62,661 bases of DNA from Anaerolineales bacterium (GCA_034432445.1 DAOUBX010000094.1:1-62661), one strand, 5' to 3'; counted from the first letter of the stretch, positions 28,030-40,377 are shown. The notes: generated by a model from the sequence alone, not told the origin. Made by a program: numbers and translations.

Positions 28030-28392
28030 ATGCATGAGCTGGCCATTACCGAAAACATCCTCGACATAGCCATCAGGCAGGCGACACAGCACGGCGCACG
28101 CAGCTTGACCGCCATCACACTGGTGGTCGGCGACCTGACCGGCTACGTGCCCGACTCGATGCAGTTCTACTTCGATATTCTAAGCCAAGGCACGATTGCT
28201 GAGCACGCTGCGCTGCATATCAGGCGTGTGCCCATCCAGGTGCGCTGTCATGCTTGTCATGCGGAGTTCACCCCGGAGGTAGGCGTGTTGTGGGTCTGTC
28301 CGGTGTGTCAAGCGCTTGGCGGCGACGTGCTCAGCGGCAAGGAGTTGTTCATCGAGAGCATCGAGATCGATGAGCGCCTTGAGCACCCCTAG
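28030..28392 (+). CDS. hypA: Hydrogenase nickel metallochaperone HypA
   Basis: MHELAI start, CHAC...CPVC, GKELFIESIE. Confidence 0.93.
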   Translation: MHELAITENILDIAIRQATQHGARSLTAITLVVGDLTGYVPDSMQFYFDILSQGTIAEHAALHIRRVPIQVRCHACHAEFTPEVGVLWVCPVCQALGGDVLSGKELFIESIEIDERLEHP

Positions 28393-28416
28393 CCATGCCT
28401 CCGGAGCAAGCAAACG

Positions 28417-29073
28417 ATGACTCTCTCCATCCCTGTCGCCGAACGCGTCCTCTCGGCTAACGATCAAGCCGCCCTTGCCAACCGCGCCCTGTTCGATCAG
28501 CACGGCGTCAGCGTGGTCAACTTCATGGCGTCGCCGGGTGCGGGCAAGACCAGCCTAGTCCTGCGCAGCATCGAGGGGCTGCGCAGCCACCGCGTCGCCG
28601 TGATCGAAGGCGATCTCGCCTCACGTCTCGACGCCGATCTCGTGGCCGCGGCCGGCGCGCCCGCCGTCCAGATCAACACCAACGGCGGTTGTCACCTTGA
28701 CGCGCCGTTGGTGGCCGCAGTCCTCGATCAACTGCCCCTGGCCAAGATCGATCTGCTTTTCATCGAGAACGTGGGCAACTTGGTGTGTCCAACGAACTTC
28801 AGCCTAGGCGAACACTACCGCGTGCTGGTGGCGAGCGTGCCAGAGGGCGACAACAAGCCGCTGAAGTATCCCGGCAGTTTTCTCGCCATGGACGCAGTGG
28901 TGCTGAACAAGATCGACTTGTTGCCTTATGTCGATTTCGATCTCGCAACCTTCGAACGCGGGGTGCGGGCCGTGAACCCCGGTGTCCCCATCTTTCACCT
29001 TTCGTGTCGCACAGGGCAGGGCTTGCCGGCGTGGCTTGCTTGGTTGGCGGCCACGCGCCCCTCGGCCTCGTGA
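28417..29073 (+). CDS. hypB: Hydrogenase nickel incorporation GTPase HypB
   Basis: SPGAGKT, VIEGD, GGCHLDA, ENVGNLVCP, KPLKYP, NKIDLL. Confidence 0.95.
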   Translation: MTLSIPVAERVLSANDQAALANRALFDQHGVSVVNFMASPGAGKTSLVLRSIEGLRSHRVAVIEGDLASRLDADLVAAAGAPAVQINTNGGCHLDAPLVAAVLDQLPLAKIDLLFIENVGNLVCPTNFSLGEHYRVLVASVPEGDNKPLKYPGSFLAMDAVVLNKIDLLPYVDFDLATFERGVRAVNPGVPIFHLSCRTGQGLPAWLAWLAATRPSAS

Positions 29074-29273
29074 GGAACCACCAGGCGCAAAGCGTGGGCC
29101 CAATCATCTCACGCCAACGCCCTCCCTTTTCCCTATCCCCGTACCCGTGGTATAATGCCGCCGTCTCGCCGCCGCAATCGTTGCGCATGACCTCTGGTGC
29201 CGGCCCGTTGGCGGCCAGGGTGATGCACGGGGCAGCGAGCATAAACTCTAAGCAAAGGCAGGAAAGCAATCGC

Positions 29274-30338
<1,065 letters not shown>

Positions 30339-30434
30339 AAACGCTGCGCCTAGCAACTGGGTACATTGTTAAGCCGTTAAGCCCTGGAACGCGTGCCCGG
30401 TGACCGACCAGCCGGGCACGTGCTGTTTATCTCC

Positions 30435-31304
30435 ATGTTCACGAAGCCCGTCCATCGCTCCCGCGTGCGCTGGCTCCTCCTGGGCAGCGCTTTGCTCATC
30501 CTCGCTGCTGTGCTACTTAACACGCGCGCTGCAGCCCCGGCGCGCAGCGCCATCGCTCGGGTCGCTTTGCCCCTGCAAGCCGCGCTTAGCCAGTTAGGCA
30601 GCAGCGTGCGCAGCATGTTTGGCGCGGTTGGCGATGCGGCCACCCTGCGCGAGCGCAACGCCGAGCTAGAACACGCGCTAGCTGCCCTGACCATCGAGAA
30701 TCTGCGCCTGCGCGAGGTGGAGGCCGAGAACGCTCGGCTGCGCCAACTGCTCAACTTCGCCGAGACGCACTCCAGCTACAGTTACAAGGGCGGCCAGGTG
30801 GTTGGACGCGTGGTGAACAGAGAGCCCAGCAACCTCGTGCAATCCATCTTGATCGACCTAGGCAGCAAGAACGGCATCCAACCCGGCATGCCGGTGGTTA
30901 CCGAGCGCGGCCTTGTGGGGCGCATTACCGACGTCTACCCCAACGCGTCGCGGGTCTTGCTGATCACCGATAGCGATAGCAGCGTGAACGCCTTGTTGCA
31001 AAACACCCGCCTGCGTGGCCTGCTGCATGGGCGCGCTGCGACCGACGAAGGGGCCGTGCTGGATTACCTGCCGCCCGATCAGCCGGTCCCCATAGGCGAT
31101 ATCGTCCTGACCTCTGGCGAAGGCGGCCGCTTCCCGGCCGGCATTCCGATCGGTCAAGTGGTGGCGGTGGAACAGAACGACGTCGAAATGTTCCAGCGCG
31201 CCATTGTTCGCACCACCGTCGACTTCAACAGCCTGGAGACCGTCCTGGTGGTGACCAACTTTGTTCCAAGCATCAACCTGGCACAGCCGACGGTCACGCC
31301 CTAG
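30435..31304 (+). CDS. mreC: Rod shape-determining protein MreC
   Basis: TM helix, coiled coil (ENARLRQLL), GLVGRI, GDIVLTSG, FPAGIPIG; synteny. Confidence 0.92.
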   Translation: MFTKPVHRSRVRWLLLGSALLILAAVLLNTRAAAPARSAIARVALPLQAALSQLGSSVRSMFGAVGDAATLRERNAELEHALAALTIENLRLREVEAENARLRQLLNFAETHSSYSYKGGQVVGRVVNREPSNLVQSILIDLGSKNGIQPGMPVVTERGLVGRITDVYPNASRVLLITDSDSSVNALLQNTRLRGLLHGRAATDEGAVLDYLPPDQPVPIGDIVLTSGEGGRFPAGIPIGQVVAVEQNDVEMFQRAIVRTTVDFNSLETVLVVTNFVPSINLAQPTVTP

Positions 31305-31346
31305 CATCTGGGCCACGATCCTGACCGTCCCGGCAGCAATCAGCAC

Positions 31347-31850
31347 ATGAACTTGTATTTGCTACTGCTAGGCTTGGGCGCAGCCGCTCTGCTGCAAGTC
31401 TCCTTCTTGCCGAATTTGGCTGTCGGCGGTGTAACCCCCGACCTGATGCTAGTTCTCGTCGTGGGCTGGGCCGTGCTCTGGGACACCTCCTCTGCCATTG
31501 CCTGGGCAGCGATCGGTGGGCTGTGGCTGGATTTCCTCTCTGGCAGCCCCTTCGGCTTCTACACGGCCGGGTTGATAGTAGCCGCCTTGGTCGCAGGCTT
31601 GGGCGCAAGGATGTTCCACAGCGGCAACTTGCTGTTGCCGTTGGCCATGGTGACTCTGGCTACGCTGGCGCGCAGCCTGCTGCAAATCGCCCTCCTAGCA
31701 CTGACCGGACATCGGCTGCTGCCCTTGGACATCCTGGTGCGCATGCTCTCCCTTGAGATTGTCGCCAACGTCTTGATCATGGCGCTGATCTATCCGCTGT
31801 TGTCTGCTCTCAGTCGCGCCGTCGGCCGTGAGCGCCTGTCGTTGGAGTAA
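31347..31850 (+). CDS. mreD: Rod shape-determining protein MreD
   Basis: PDLMLV and GLWLDFLSG motifs; hydrophobic; synteny. Confidence 0.9.
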   Translation: MNLYLLLLGLGAAALLQVSFLPNLAVGGVTPDLMLVLVVGWAVLWDTSSAIAWAAIGGLWLDFLSGSPFGFYTAGLIVAALVAGLGARMFHSGNLLLPLAMVTLATLARSLLQIALLALTGHRLLPLDILVRMLSLEIVANVLIMALIYPLLSALSRAVGRERLSLE

Positions 31851-34031
31851 TTGTCTGTGCTCGATCGACCTCTGCCCCCCTCGCTGCGCTTGCTCCTGTT
31901 ACGCATCGTCACAGTCGTAGTGTTTGCTGCCATGGCCGTGCAGCTGTGGCGCATCCAGATCGTTCAGGGAGAGGCTTTGCGCGCGCGGGCCGATCAAAAC
32001 CGCTTTCGTCTCGTCGAAGTCAGAGGGCCGCGCGGTATCATGTATGACCGCAACGGCCGAATTCTCGTGCGCAATCGCCCCAGCTTCAGCATTGCGGCCA
32101 TTCCGGCCGACCTGCCCGACGAGGAAGATCGCATCCGCCAAGTGCTGGAAGAGCTGGACCGCATCCTCGACGAGGCGCAGGAGCCGGTCGGCCCGATTGA
32201 ACAAGGCGGCCAACCGGCGTCGCAAGCCAATGCAGGGACGAAACCGCTGCAGCCCGGCCTGGGTGGTCAGCCGCCGCTGCGCCGGCGCCTGACCGTGGAA
32301 CAAGCGCTAGCCGATATTGAAAATGGTTGGCGAGGTGGCGCCTATCGCCCGATCATCATCGCCAACCAGGTCGATCGCGAGATTGCCTTCGCTGTGGCAG
32401 AGCAGTCCTATCGCCTGCCCGGCATCTCACTGAGCATTGAGCCGGTGCGCGAGTACATCAGCAGTACCTTGACGTCGCACGTGTTGGGTTTCATGGGGCC
32501 TATCCCGCAGGAGTATGTCGACGCCTACCGAGCCGAGGGATACCAACCCAACGCCCAGGTGGGCCTGGCCGGGCTGGAGCGCACGTATGAGAAGGCGCTG
32601 CGCGGGCGTGATGGCCGGCGCAACATCGAGGTCGATGTGAACGGGCGCGAGGTGCGCACTGTCGGTGACATCTTCCCCAGCGCGCCCGGCAACAATCTCG
32701 TGTTGTCTCTCGACCTAGACTTGCAACGCCTAACCGACGAGGCGCTGCGCACAGGTATGCAAAAAGTCAAGGCCGATAGCGGCGTTGCCATCGCCATGGA
32801 TCCGCGCAACGGCGAGATTCTGGCCATGGTGAGCCTGCCCACCTATGACAACAACCTGTTTGCCAAAGGCATCACGCCGGCCGAGTACAATGCGTTGCTC
32901 GCGGACAAACGTCGGCCTTTGGTGAACCACGCCATCAGTGGCCTTTACCCCCCTGGCTCGACGTTCAAGATCGTCACAGCAACAGGAGCGCTGCAAGAGG
33001 GCATTATCGATGAACGTACGCGCTTGGGCGACAGCTTCGATGGCCGCGTGGACGGCACGATTTGGGTAGACAACCGTTTCTTTCCGGACAACCCGCGCTA
33101 TGCCCAGCCCTTCTACTGCTGGATTCACCAGTACGGCACCGGTCACTACATGATCAACGTGCGCGAAGCGCTGGCCGTCTCCTGTGATGTGTTCTTCTAC
33201 CAGGTCTCCGGCGGCTATCGCAAGACGTTCGAGGGTCTAGGCATCGACAAACTGGTCGAGTACACCGAGCTCTTTGGTTTCGGCGCCCCATCGGGCATCG
33301 ACTTGCCCGGCGAAAACCCCGGCCTGGTGCCCACTCCCCGCTGGAAACGTCTGACCTACGCCGAAACCTGGTCAGCGGGCGACACCTACAACATGTCCAT
33401 CGGCCAAGGTGCGCTGCTGGCCACCCCCTTGCAAGTGCTCAACTCCACAGCAGCCATTGCTAACGGCGGCCTGCTGTACCAGCCGCGGTTGGTGCGCAAA
33501 ATCGTCGACACAGAAGGCAACTTGGTCGAGGAGTTCGCGCCGGTGCTCCTCCGCGAGTTACCGGTCGATCCGGCGTACATCGATCAGGTACGCGAGGGGC
33601 TGTGGGGCGCGGTGAACTATCCTAACGGCACCGCCAAGGCCTTGAGCGTGCCGGGCGTGACCGTCGCCGGAAAGACCGGCACGGCCGAGTTCTGGGATCC
33701 TGAGCTGGGCTATACCCCCAAAGGCCGCTTGCCGACCCATGCTTGGTTCACAGCCTTTGCCCCCTATGAGGCGCCGGAGATTGCGTTGGTCGTCTTTGTC
33801 TACAACGGCGGGGAGGGCTCCAGCACAGCGCTGCCCATCGCACAGGACATCCTGCGCGGCTATTTCAGCTTGCAAGAGCAGCGTGCAGCTGCCGCGTCAG
33901 GTATGAGCGTAGAACCGCCAACGACGGACGTGGCGAACGACCAAACCCCAGAAGTCCCAAGCGGTGACCTCGGACAGCCGGCTGCGCCGCCTGAACAACC
34001 GCTGCCTTCGTCGGGCGAGGGAGGTGGCTGA
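31851..34031 (+). CDS. mrdA: Penicillin-binding protein 2
   Basis: PGSTFK (SxxK), SCD (SxN-like), KTG; synteny. The start may be GTG31857. Confidence 0.95.
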   Translation: MSVLDRPLPPSLRLLLLRIVTVVVFAAMAVQLWRIQIVQGEALRARADQNRFRLVEVRGPRGIMYDRNGRILVRNRPSFSIAAIPADLPDEEDRIRQVLEELDRILDEAQEPVGPIEQGGQPASQANAGTKPLQPGLGGQPPLRRRLTVEQALADIENGWRGGAYRPIIIANQVDREIAFAVAEQSYRLPGISLSIEPVREYISSTLTSHVLGFMGPIPQEYVDAYRAEGYQPNAQVGLAGLERTYEKALRGRDGRRNIEVDVNGREVRTVGDIFPSAPGNNLVLSLDLDLQRLTDEALRTGMQKVKADSGVAIAMDPRNGEILAMVSLPTYDNNLFAKGITPAEYNALLADKRRPLVNHAISGLYPPGSTFKIVTATGALQEGIIDERTRLGDSFDGRVDGTIWVDNRFFPDNPRYAQPFYCWIHQYGTGHYMINVREALAVSCDVFFYQVSGGYRKTFEGLGIDKLVEYTELFGFGAPSGIDLPGENPGLVPTPRWKRLTYAETWSAGDTYNMSIGQGALLATPLQVLNSTAAIANGGLLYQPRLVRKIVDTEGNLVEEFAPVLLRELPVDPAYIDQVREGLWGAVNYPNGTAKALSVPGVTVAGKTGTAEFWDPELGYTPKGRLPTHAWFTAFAPYEAPEIALVVFVYNGGEGSSTALPIAQDILRGYFSLQEQRAAAASGMSVEPPTTDVANDQTPEVPSGDLGQPAAPPEQPLPSSGEGGG

Positions 34032-35122
34032 TGCGCCTGAACCTGCGCCGTTTTGATTTTGTGCTGCTGTTAACTACCCTGGTCTTGATCGTATTTGGTG
34101 TGGCCATGGTCTACAGCGCCACACTCAACGTGCCGGGCTACGAGGACTACGCGTTGCGGCAGGGCATCTATGCCATCATCGGCTTCGTGTTGCTGCTGTT
34201 GGCGGCCGCCTTCGATTATCGCCTGCTCACGAGCCTGCAATGGCCCCTGTATGGCGTGATGCTGGCCGCCTTGGCGGCCGTGGCTGTCGCCGGACAGGTA
34301 CGCGGCGGTGCTTCCGGCTGGTTCGATGCCGGCATTGTTTTTGTCCAGCCCGCCGAGATTGCCAAGGTCCTGTTCATCTTAGCGTTTGCGCAGTATCTCA
34401 GCAGCCATCGCGAGCAGCTGAGCAAACCGCAGTGGGTTGTGTTGGCGCTGCTGCTGCTGCTCGTTCCCATGGCGCTGATCTACATGCAACCTGATCTGGG
34501 CACGGCCATTGTGCTGGGTGTGATCGGCGCGTTCATGCTCTTTGCCGCCGATTTGCCGTGGGGCTACATGCTGGCCGGCGTAGTCGGGATCGTGCTAGCT
34601 GCTCCGGTAGTCTGGGCCAACTTGCAGGGGTACATGCGCCAGCGCATCCTCATCTTCCTTGACCCGGCCAGCGACCCCGACGCCAGCTTCAACATTGCGC
34701 AGGCGCTGATCAGCATCGGCAACGGCGGCTGGCTGGGCAAGGGCTTTGCGCAGGGCAGCCAGAGCCAGCTGCACTTCTTGCGCATCCGCTACGCCGACTT
34801 CATCTACAGTGTGATCGCCGAAGAGCTGGGATTCGTCGGCGCTATCACGTTGATGATCCTACTGTTGGTCGTGTTGTGGCGCCTGTTTACCATCGCCGAT
34901 CAAGCACGCGACCACTTCGGTCGGCTGATCGTCGTGGGCGTCATTGCCCTGATCCTGTTCCAATCGGTAGTCAGTATCGGCATGAACCTGGGGCTATTGC
35001 CCGTTACGGGCATCACCCTGCCCTTCATCAGCTACGGCGGCAGCTCCCTCATCACGCTGATGATCGGCATTGGCCTGGCCGAGAGCGTGGCCATGCGCAA
35101 CCGCAAGATCGAGTTCGATTAG
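34031..35122 (+). CDS. rodA: SEDS peptidoglycan polymerase RodA
   Basis: QPAEIAK, QPDLGT, GGWLGKG, IAEELGFVG, GITLPFISYGGSS. Confidence 0.95.
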   Translation: MRLNLRRFDFVLLLTTLVLIVFGVAMVYSATLNVPGYEDYALRQGIYAIIGFVLLLLAAAFDYRLLTSLQWPLYGVMLAALAAVAVAGQVRGGASGWFDAGIVFVQPAEIAKVLFILAFAQYLSSHREQLSKPQWVVLALLLLLVPMALIYMQPDLGTAIVLGVIGAFMLFAADLPWGYMLAGVVGIVLAAPVVWANLQGYMRQRILIFLDPASDPDASFNIAQALISIGNGGWLGKGFAQGSQSQLHFLRIRYADFIYSVIAEELGFVGAITLMILLLVVLWRLFTIADQARDHFGRLIVVGVIALILFQSVVSIGMNLGLLPVTGITLPFISYGGSSLITLMIGIGLAESVAMRNRKIEFD

Positions 35123-35131
35123 CCGCGCTCT

Positions 35132-35160
35132 TTGACGCCTCGGTGGCCGTGTGGTATACT
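35132..35160 (+). promoter_or_regulatory. Sigma70 promoter of the serS leader
   Basis: TTGACG-N17-TATACT with TGn. Confidence 0.8.
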
Positions 35161-35207
35161 CGGTGCAGTTGCGCAGGTTCCCTGCGTCGGAGAAAGCCAT
35201 CATAGCG

Positions 35208-35466
35208 CAGCGACGTTGATGGAGCCGAGTAGGCTGGTGCGCCGATAGCAGAGAGTTGCCGGACGGTGCAAGGCAACCGGACCCCAGCTGAACAGCCCTC
35301 CTGAGTCCTTGGCCGGAACGGCATCCTTCCAAGTATGGTCGAGCGCTTGGCCCCCGTTAGCGGGCCTGGGTCAACCATGACCCCTGAGGCTGTGTCCGCG
35401 AGGGCGCGGCGAAACCAGGTGGCACCACGAGAGCGCCCCTCGTCCTGGTAGGCGGGGGGCGCTTTG
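35208..35466 (+). promoter_or_regulatory. T-box riboswitch
   Basis: AGUA (35227-35230), AGAGA and GGUGCAA stem-I motifs, T-box AGGTGGCACCACG (35417-35429), then an AGCGCCCC...GGGGCGCT-TTG terminator upstream of serS. Confidence 0.9.
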
Positions 35467-35548
35467 ATTCAGCGCCACAATGCCGGCGCATGACATGACA
35501 AGCACAACGAACCCTGCTTCACCGCAGAGCCATTTGGAGGCGACTGAC

Positions 35549-36829
35549 ATGCTCGACATCAAGTTCATCCGCGAGAATCCCGAATTTGTCAAACAGCAGA
35601 TGCAGGCGCTGCAAGACCCCAATGCGCCTGTCGACCGCACGCTGGCGCTCGACGAGGAGCGACGCAACTTGCTCATGCGTGTGGAAGAGCTGAAGGCGCA
35701 GCGCAACGCCGAGAGCAAGCGCATCGGCCAGCTCATGCGCGAGCAGAAGCTCGCCGAGGTCGAGACGTTGAAAGAGGCCATGGCCCGCGTCGGCGACGAG
35801 ATCAAAGCACTGGACGAGCGCCTGAAAGTGGTCGACGCAGAGCTGTTCGACGCCATGAGCCGTATCCCCAACCTGCCGCTGCCCAACGTGCCAGTGGGCA
35901 AAGACGACAGCGAGAACGTCGTCGTGCGCACGTGGGGTCAGCCGCGCGCCTTCGTCTTTGAGCCACTGCCGCATTGGGACCTGGGCGAGGCGCTAGACAT
36001 CATCGACTTCGAGCGCGGGGTTAAGCTCTCCGGCAGCCGCTTCTACGTGCTGAAAGGATTGGGTGCGCGGCTGCAACGCGCGCTGATCCAGTGGATGCTC
36101 GACGTGCACATCAACGAACACGGCTACACCGAGGTGTATCCTCCTTTCCTCGTGCGGGAGGCCTGTCTCTTCGGCACCGGCAACCTACCCAAGTTCGGCG
36201 AGAATCTCTACCGCGACATCGAGGACGACCTGTGGCTGATTCCAACGGCTGAGGTGCCGGTCACCAACCTCTACCGCGACGAGATCATCCCGCCGGGCAA
36301 GCTGCCGATCTACCACGTGGCCTACACGCCCTGCTTCCGCCGCGAGAAGATGTCGGCCGGCAAGGATGTGCGCGGCATCAAGCGCGGGCATCAGTTCGAC
36401 AAGGTGGAGATGGTCAAGTTCGTCGAACCAGAGCAAGGCGAAGCTGAGCTGGCCAAGCTGATCGCCGACGCCGAAGACATCTGCCGTCGGCTGGAAATCC
36501 CGTACCGTGTGGTGCAAATGTGCACCGGCGACCTGGCTTTCTCTGCAGCAGCCAAGTTCGACCTGGAAATGTGGGCTCCCGGCTGTCAGGAGTGGCTGGA
36601 GGTCAGCTCCTGTTCCTTGTTCACCGACTTCCAAGCGCGGCGCGCCAACATCCGCTACCGCCCCGCTGAAGGCGCCAAGCCCCGTTACGTCTACACCATC
36701 AACGGCTCCGGGCTGGCCCTGCCGCGCGTCGTCATCGCCATCTTGGAGAACTACCAACAGATCGATGGCAGTGTGGTCGTACCGGACGTGTTGCGGTCAT
36801 ACATGGGCGGCGTCGCCGTGATCAGGTAG
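35549..36829 (+). CDS. serS: Serine--tRNA ligase
   Basis: MLDIKFIRENP, LIPTAEVP, FRREK, GHQFDKVE, EVSSCS, TINGSGLA. Confidence 0.98.
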   Translation: MLDIKFIRENPEFVKQQMQALQDPNAPVDRTLALDEERRNLLMRVEELKAQRNAESKRIGQLMREQKLAEVETLKEAMARVGDEIKALDERLKVVDAELFDAMSRIPNLPLPNVPVGKDDSENVVVRTWGQPRAFVFEPLPHWDLGEALDIIDFERGVKLSGSRFYVLKGLGARLQRALIQWMLDVHINEHGYTEVYPPFLVREACLFGTGNLPKFGENLYRDIEDDLWLIPTAEVPVTNLYRDEIIPPGKLPIYHVAYTPCFRREKMSAGKDVRGIKRGHQFDKVEMVKFVEPEQGEAELAKLIADAEDICRRLEIPYRVVQMCTGDLAFSAAAKFDLEMWAPGCQEWLEVSSCSLFTDFQARRANIRYRPAEGAKPRYVYTINGSGLALPRVVIAILENYQQIDGSVVVPDVLRSYMGGVAVIR

Positions 36830-36839
36830 ACGTCTCATT

Positions 36840-38708
36840 ATGTCGATAGCCCCACCACCCAACCTGCGCGACATCGTCGAGCCAGTGCGTTCAGGCCGGC
36901 AGGTGCCTTGGCGGCGCCTCTTCGGTTATCTCAAGCCGCACAAGTGGCGCATGGTAGCAGCCATTGTTGGCCTGATGATCAGCAGCGTGGCGATGCTGGC
37001 CTTTCCCCTCTTCATTGGGCAAACCATCGCCGATGTCCTCGGCCAGGGCGACTACAACGCGCTGAACCGGTTTGTGGTCCTGATGGTGGGGTTGTTTCTG
37101 GTGATGGCCGTCGGCAGCTTCGTGCAGAGCTACTTCCTGGGCATTACCGGCGAGAGAATCGTCTACGAGCTGCGCACTTCCCTCTTTCAGCGCTTGATCA
37201 CCCTCTCGATGAGCTTCTACAGCCGGCACCGCGTGGGTGAGCTGATGTCGCGACTCTCCAACGACGTGACCCTGGTGCGCAACCTGCTGACCACCAGCAT
37301 CACAACCATCCTCAGCTCGCTGATCTCCGTGATCGGGTCTGTGGTGATCGTTTTCTCGCTCAACCCATCACTGACCCTGTTCATCCTGTTCCTGATGCCG
37401 CTGCTGATCGTCATCGCTTTTGCCTTTGGCCGGCCGCTCGAACGCATGTCGACGCGCGTGCAAGACGAGCTGGCCGGCGCCACGGTCACAGCCGAAGAAG
37501 GGCTGTCCGGCATTCGCGTGGTCAAGGGCTTCGGCCGCGAGGACTACGAATACCAGCGCTATCGCCGCGATTTAGGCAACAGTCTGCGGGCCGCCATCCG
37601 TATGACCGCGGCGCGGGCCGGCTTTGGCAGCTTGATGCTCTTCCTAGGGTTCGGCGCCATTGCTGCCATCCTGTGGTACGGTGGTCGACAGGTCATCGCC
37701 GGCGCCATGACCGTGGGCATGATCACCAGCTTCATCATCTACGGCTTGTTGATCGCGTCCGGGTTGGGCAGCCTGGCCGGTCTGTACGGCGAGTTCCGTG
37801 CTGCGCTGGGCGCGATCAAGCGCGTGTTTGAGATCCTCGACACCCAACCCACCGTGGTTGAGACGCCAAACGCCCGGCCATTGCCGCCCGTGCAAGGCCG
37901 CATCACCTTCGATAACGTGTCCTTCAGCTACGCCGACGAGAGCCGCGTGTTGCGCCATGTGTCGCTCGACATTGCGCCCGGCGAAATCGTGGCTTTGGTG
38001 GGGCCTAGCGGCGCCGGCAAGAGCACGCTGTGCAGCCTGGTCCCCCGCTTCTACGACCCTGACGAGGGCGTGGTAGCTATTGACGGTTATGACCTGCGCA
38101 CGGTGACCAAGTATAGCCTGCGTAGCCAGATCGGTCTGGTGCCGCAAGAGACGTTGCTCTTCGGCGGCACGGTCTACGAGAACATCCTCTATGGCCGGCT
38201 CGACGCCAGCGAGGAGGAAGTCATTGCAGCGGCCAAGGCGGCTTATGCGCACGAGTTCATTGTCGCTCTGCCACAGGGCTACCAGACGCGGGTCGGCGAA
38301 CGCGGCATGAACCTGAGCGGCGGCCAACGCCAACGCATCGCTATCGCGCGCGCCATCCTCAAGAACCCCCGCATTTTGTTGTTGGACGAGGCAACCAGCT
38401 CGCTGGACAACGAGTCGGAACGCTTCGTGCAAGCCGCGCTAGACCGGCTGATGGCCGACCGCACGACGATCATCATTGCCCACCGGCTAAGTACGATCCA
38501 GGCCGCGCACCGCGTTGTGGTGATGGATCATGGACAGGTTGTGGAGATCGGTACCCACGATGAGCTGCTGGCGGCGGGCGGGCTCTATGCCAAGCTCTAC
38601 CTGATGCAGTTCGCCGAAAGCGACAGGCCGCGCGAGATCATCGATGTGTGGCCGCCGGGCTACGAAGATCCCCCATCCTTTGTAGTAGCGGCTTCAGCCG
38701 CCCGTTAA
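36840..38708 (+). CDS. Type IV ABC exporter (MsbA-like TMD-NBD fusion)
   Basis: Six TM helices, [29 protein letters not shown]. Confidence 0.93.
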   Translation: MSIAPPPNLRDIVEPVRSGRQVPWRRLFGYLKPHKWRMVAAIVGLMISSVAMLAFPLFIGQTIADVLGQGDYNALNRFVVLMVGLFLVMAVGSFVQSYFLGITGERIVYELRTSLFQRLITLSMSFYSRHRVGELMSRLSNDVTLVRNLLTTSITTILSSLISVIGSVVIVFSLNPSLTLFILFLMPLLIVIAFAFGRPLERMSTRVQDELAGATVTAEEGLSGIRVVKGFGREDYEYQRYRRDLGNSLRAAIRMTAARAGFGSLMLFLGFGAIAAILWYGGRQVIAGAMTVGMITSFIIYGLLIASGLGSLAGLYGEFRAALGAIKRVFEILDTQPTVVETPNARPLPPVQGRITFDNVSFSYADESRVLRHVSLDIAPGEIVALVGPSGAGKSTLCSLVPRFYDPDEGVVAIDGYDLRTVTKYSLRSQIGLVPQETLLFGGTVYENILYGRLDASEEEVIAAAKAAYAHEFIVALPQGYQTRVGERGMNLSGGQRQRIAIARAILKNPRILLLDEATSSLDNESERFVQAALDRLMADRTTIIIAHRLSTIQAAHRVVVMDHGQVVEIGTHDELLAAGGLYAKLYLMQFAESDRPREIIDVWPPGYEDPPSFVVAASAAR

Positions 38709-38727
38709 CGGCTAAAGCCGTCACTAC
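38682..38727. repeat. GTAG-family REP doublet
   Basis: GTAGTAGCGGCTTCAGCCG...CGGCTAAAGCCGTCACTAC inverted pair, each half with an internal palindrome. Confidence 0.75.
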
Positions 38728-38746
38728 GAAGAAGGAGTTGCGATGT

Positions 38747-40294
38747 ATGCGCCAACACCAACAACGCACCGTTGAGGGTTTTCTCTTCACCGACCAATAC
38801 CAGCTCACCATGTCCCAGCTCTATTTCCGCATGGGCCTGCACGAGCGCCAGGCGCAGTTCGACCACTTCTTCCGTCGCTATCCCAACTATGGCTCGCATC
38901 AGGCCGGCTACTGCATCAACGCTGGGCTGGAATGGCTGGTGGACTGGATGCGACAGGCCCACGTGACCGACGAGGACATCGACTACCTGCGCAGCCAGCG
39001 CGGCCCCGCAGGGCAACGCACCTTCAGCGATGACTTCCTTGCCTGGTTGCGACGCGCCGGCGGGTTCGACGGCATCACCCTGCACGCCATCCCCGAAGGC
39101 CGCGTGGTGCATCCCGACGTGCCGCTGACGGTCGTAGAGGGGCCTCTAGCCCTGGCGCAGATCCTGGAGACGCCGCTGCTCAACCTGCTGAACTACCAGA
39201 CGCTCATTGCCACCAAAGCAGCGCGCATTCGCGAGGTGGCTCGCAAGGGCACAGTGCTGGAGTTTGGCCTGCGTCGCGGGCCGGAGCGGGGGGCCAACGC
39301 CGGCGGCCGCGCGGCGCTGATCGGCGGCGCCGACTTCAGCTCCAACGTCGGGCTCTCCCACGTGCTGGATCTACCGCCGAAAGGCACCCACGCCCACAGC
39401 ATGGTGCAGGTGTTCATGGCCATGGGCGCCGGCGAGCTGGCCGCGTTCCGCGCCTATGCTGAAGTCTACCCCGACAACTGCCTCTTGCTGGTGGACACCG
39501 TAGACACCCTCGGCAGCGGCGTGCCCCACGCTATCACCGTCTTCGAGGAGTTGCGCCGGGCCGGCCACCGCCCCGTGGGCATCCGCCTGGACTCTGGCGA
39601 CCTGGCCTATCTCTCGATCCAGGCCGCGAAGATGCTGGACGAGGCCGGCTTCCCGGAAACAGTTATCGTGCTCAGCAACGAGCTGGACGAGTTGAACATT
39701 TGGCAGATCACCAGCCAGATCGCCGAGGAAGCCCTCCGTTACGGCGTCGACCCCGACCGGTTGATCCGCCGCCTGGTGTACGGCGTGGGCACCCGGTTGA
39801 TCACGTCAGCCGGCCAGGGCGCCCTAGACGGCGTGTACAAGCTGGTGGCGGTGGAGGTAGAAGGAGAGATGCAACCGGCCATCAAGATCTCCGAGTCTAT
39901 TGCCAAGACGCTGAACCCGGGGAACAAGCGGGTGTGGAGGCTCTACGACCGGCGCGGCCTGGCTACTGCCGACCTGCTGACCCTAGCCGACGAGGAACCT
40001 GCCCAGCAGCCAGAGCTCACGCTGCGTCACCCGGCGGACCACACCAAGTACCGCGTCCTGCGGCAGGAGGAGATAGCGCGCATCGAACCCCTGCTGGTGG
40101 AGGTACTGCGCGAGGGTCGGCTGGTGATCGATCTCCCTACACTGGCGGAAATGCGGCAGCGCCGTGCAACCGACGTAGAACACCTCGACCCGGGCGTGCG
40201 TCGCCTGGTGACGCCGCACATCTACCACGTCAGCCTGAGCCAGCGACTGTGGGACTTGAAACAGACGTTGATCAAACAAGCCAGGGGCAGTTAG
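38747..40294 (+). CDS. pncB: Nicotinate phosphoribosyltransferase
   Basis: [39 protein letters not shown]; SD GAAGGAG. Confidence 0.93.
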   Translation: MRQHQQRTVEGFLFTDQYQLTMSQLYFRMGLHERQAQFDHFFRRYPNYGSHQAGYCINAGLEWLVDWMRQAHVTDEDIDYLRSQRGPAGQRTFSDDFLAWLRRAGGFDGITLHAIPEGRVVHPDVPLTVVEGPLALAQILETPLLNLLNYQTLIATKAARIREVARKGTVLEFGLRRGPERGANAGGRAALIGGADFSSNVGLSHVLDLPPKGTHAHSMVQVFMAMGAGELAAFRAYAEVYPDNCLLLVDTVDTLGSGVPHAITVFEELRRAGHRPVGIRLDSGDLAYLSIQAAKMLDEAGFPETVIVLSNELDELNIWQITSQIAEEALRYGVDPDRLIRRLVYGVGTRLITSAGQGALDGVYKLVAVEVEGEMQPAIKISESIAKTLNPGNKRVWRLYDRRGLATADLLTLADEEPAQQPELTLRHPADHTKYRVLRQEEIARIEPLLVEVLREGRLVIDLPTLAEMRQRRATDVEHLDPGVRRLVTPHIYHVSLSQRLWDLKQTLIKQARGS

Positions 40295-40336
40295 CCAGCG
40301 CAGCAGCAAACTGACATGGTGAGCGGCCTTGAGGAC

Positions 40337-40368
40337 AAAAGAAGAGGCGAGCCTGACAGGCTCGCCTC
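40337..40368 (-). terminator. SRP RNA terminator
   Basis: GAGGCGAGCCTG-A-CAGGCTCGCCTC with a minus-strand T-rich tail. Confidence 0.75.
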
Positions 40369-40377
40369 ATGATTCCT

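Noticed and set aside
28785-29273. N-terminal extension of MreB given by the ORF track
   Set aside because: It overlaps hypB and lies upstream of the TGGTATAAT promoter; homology starts at GTG29274.
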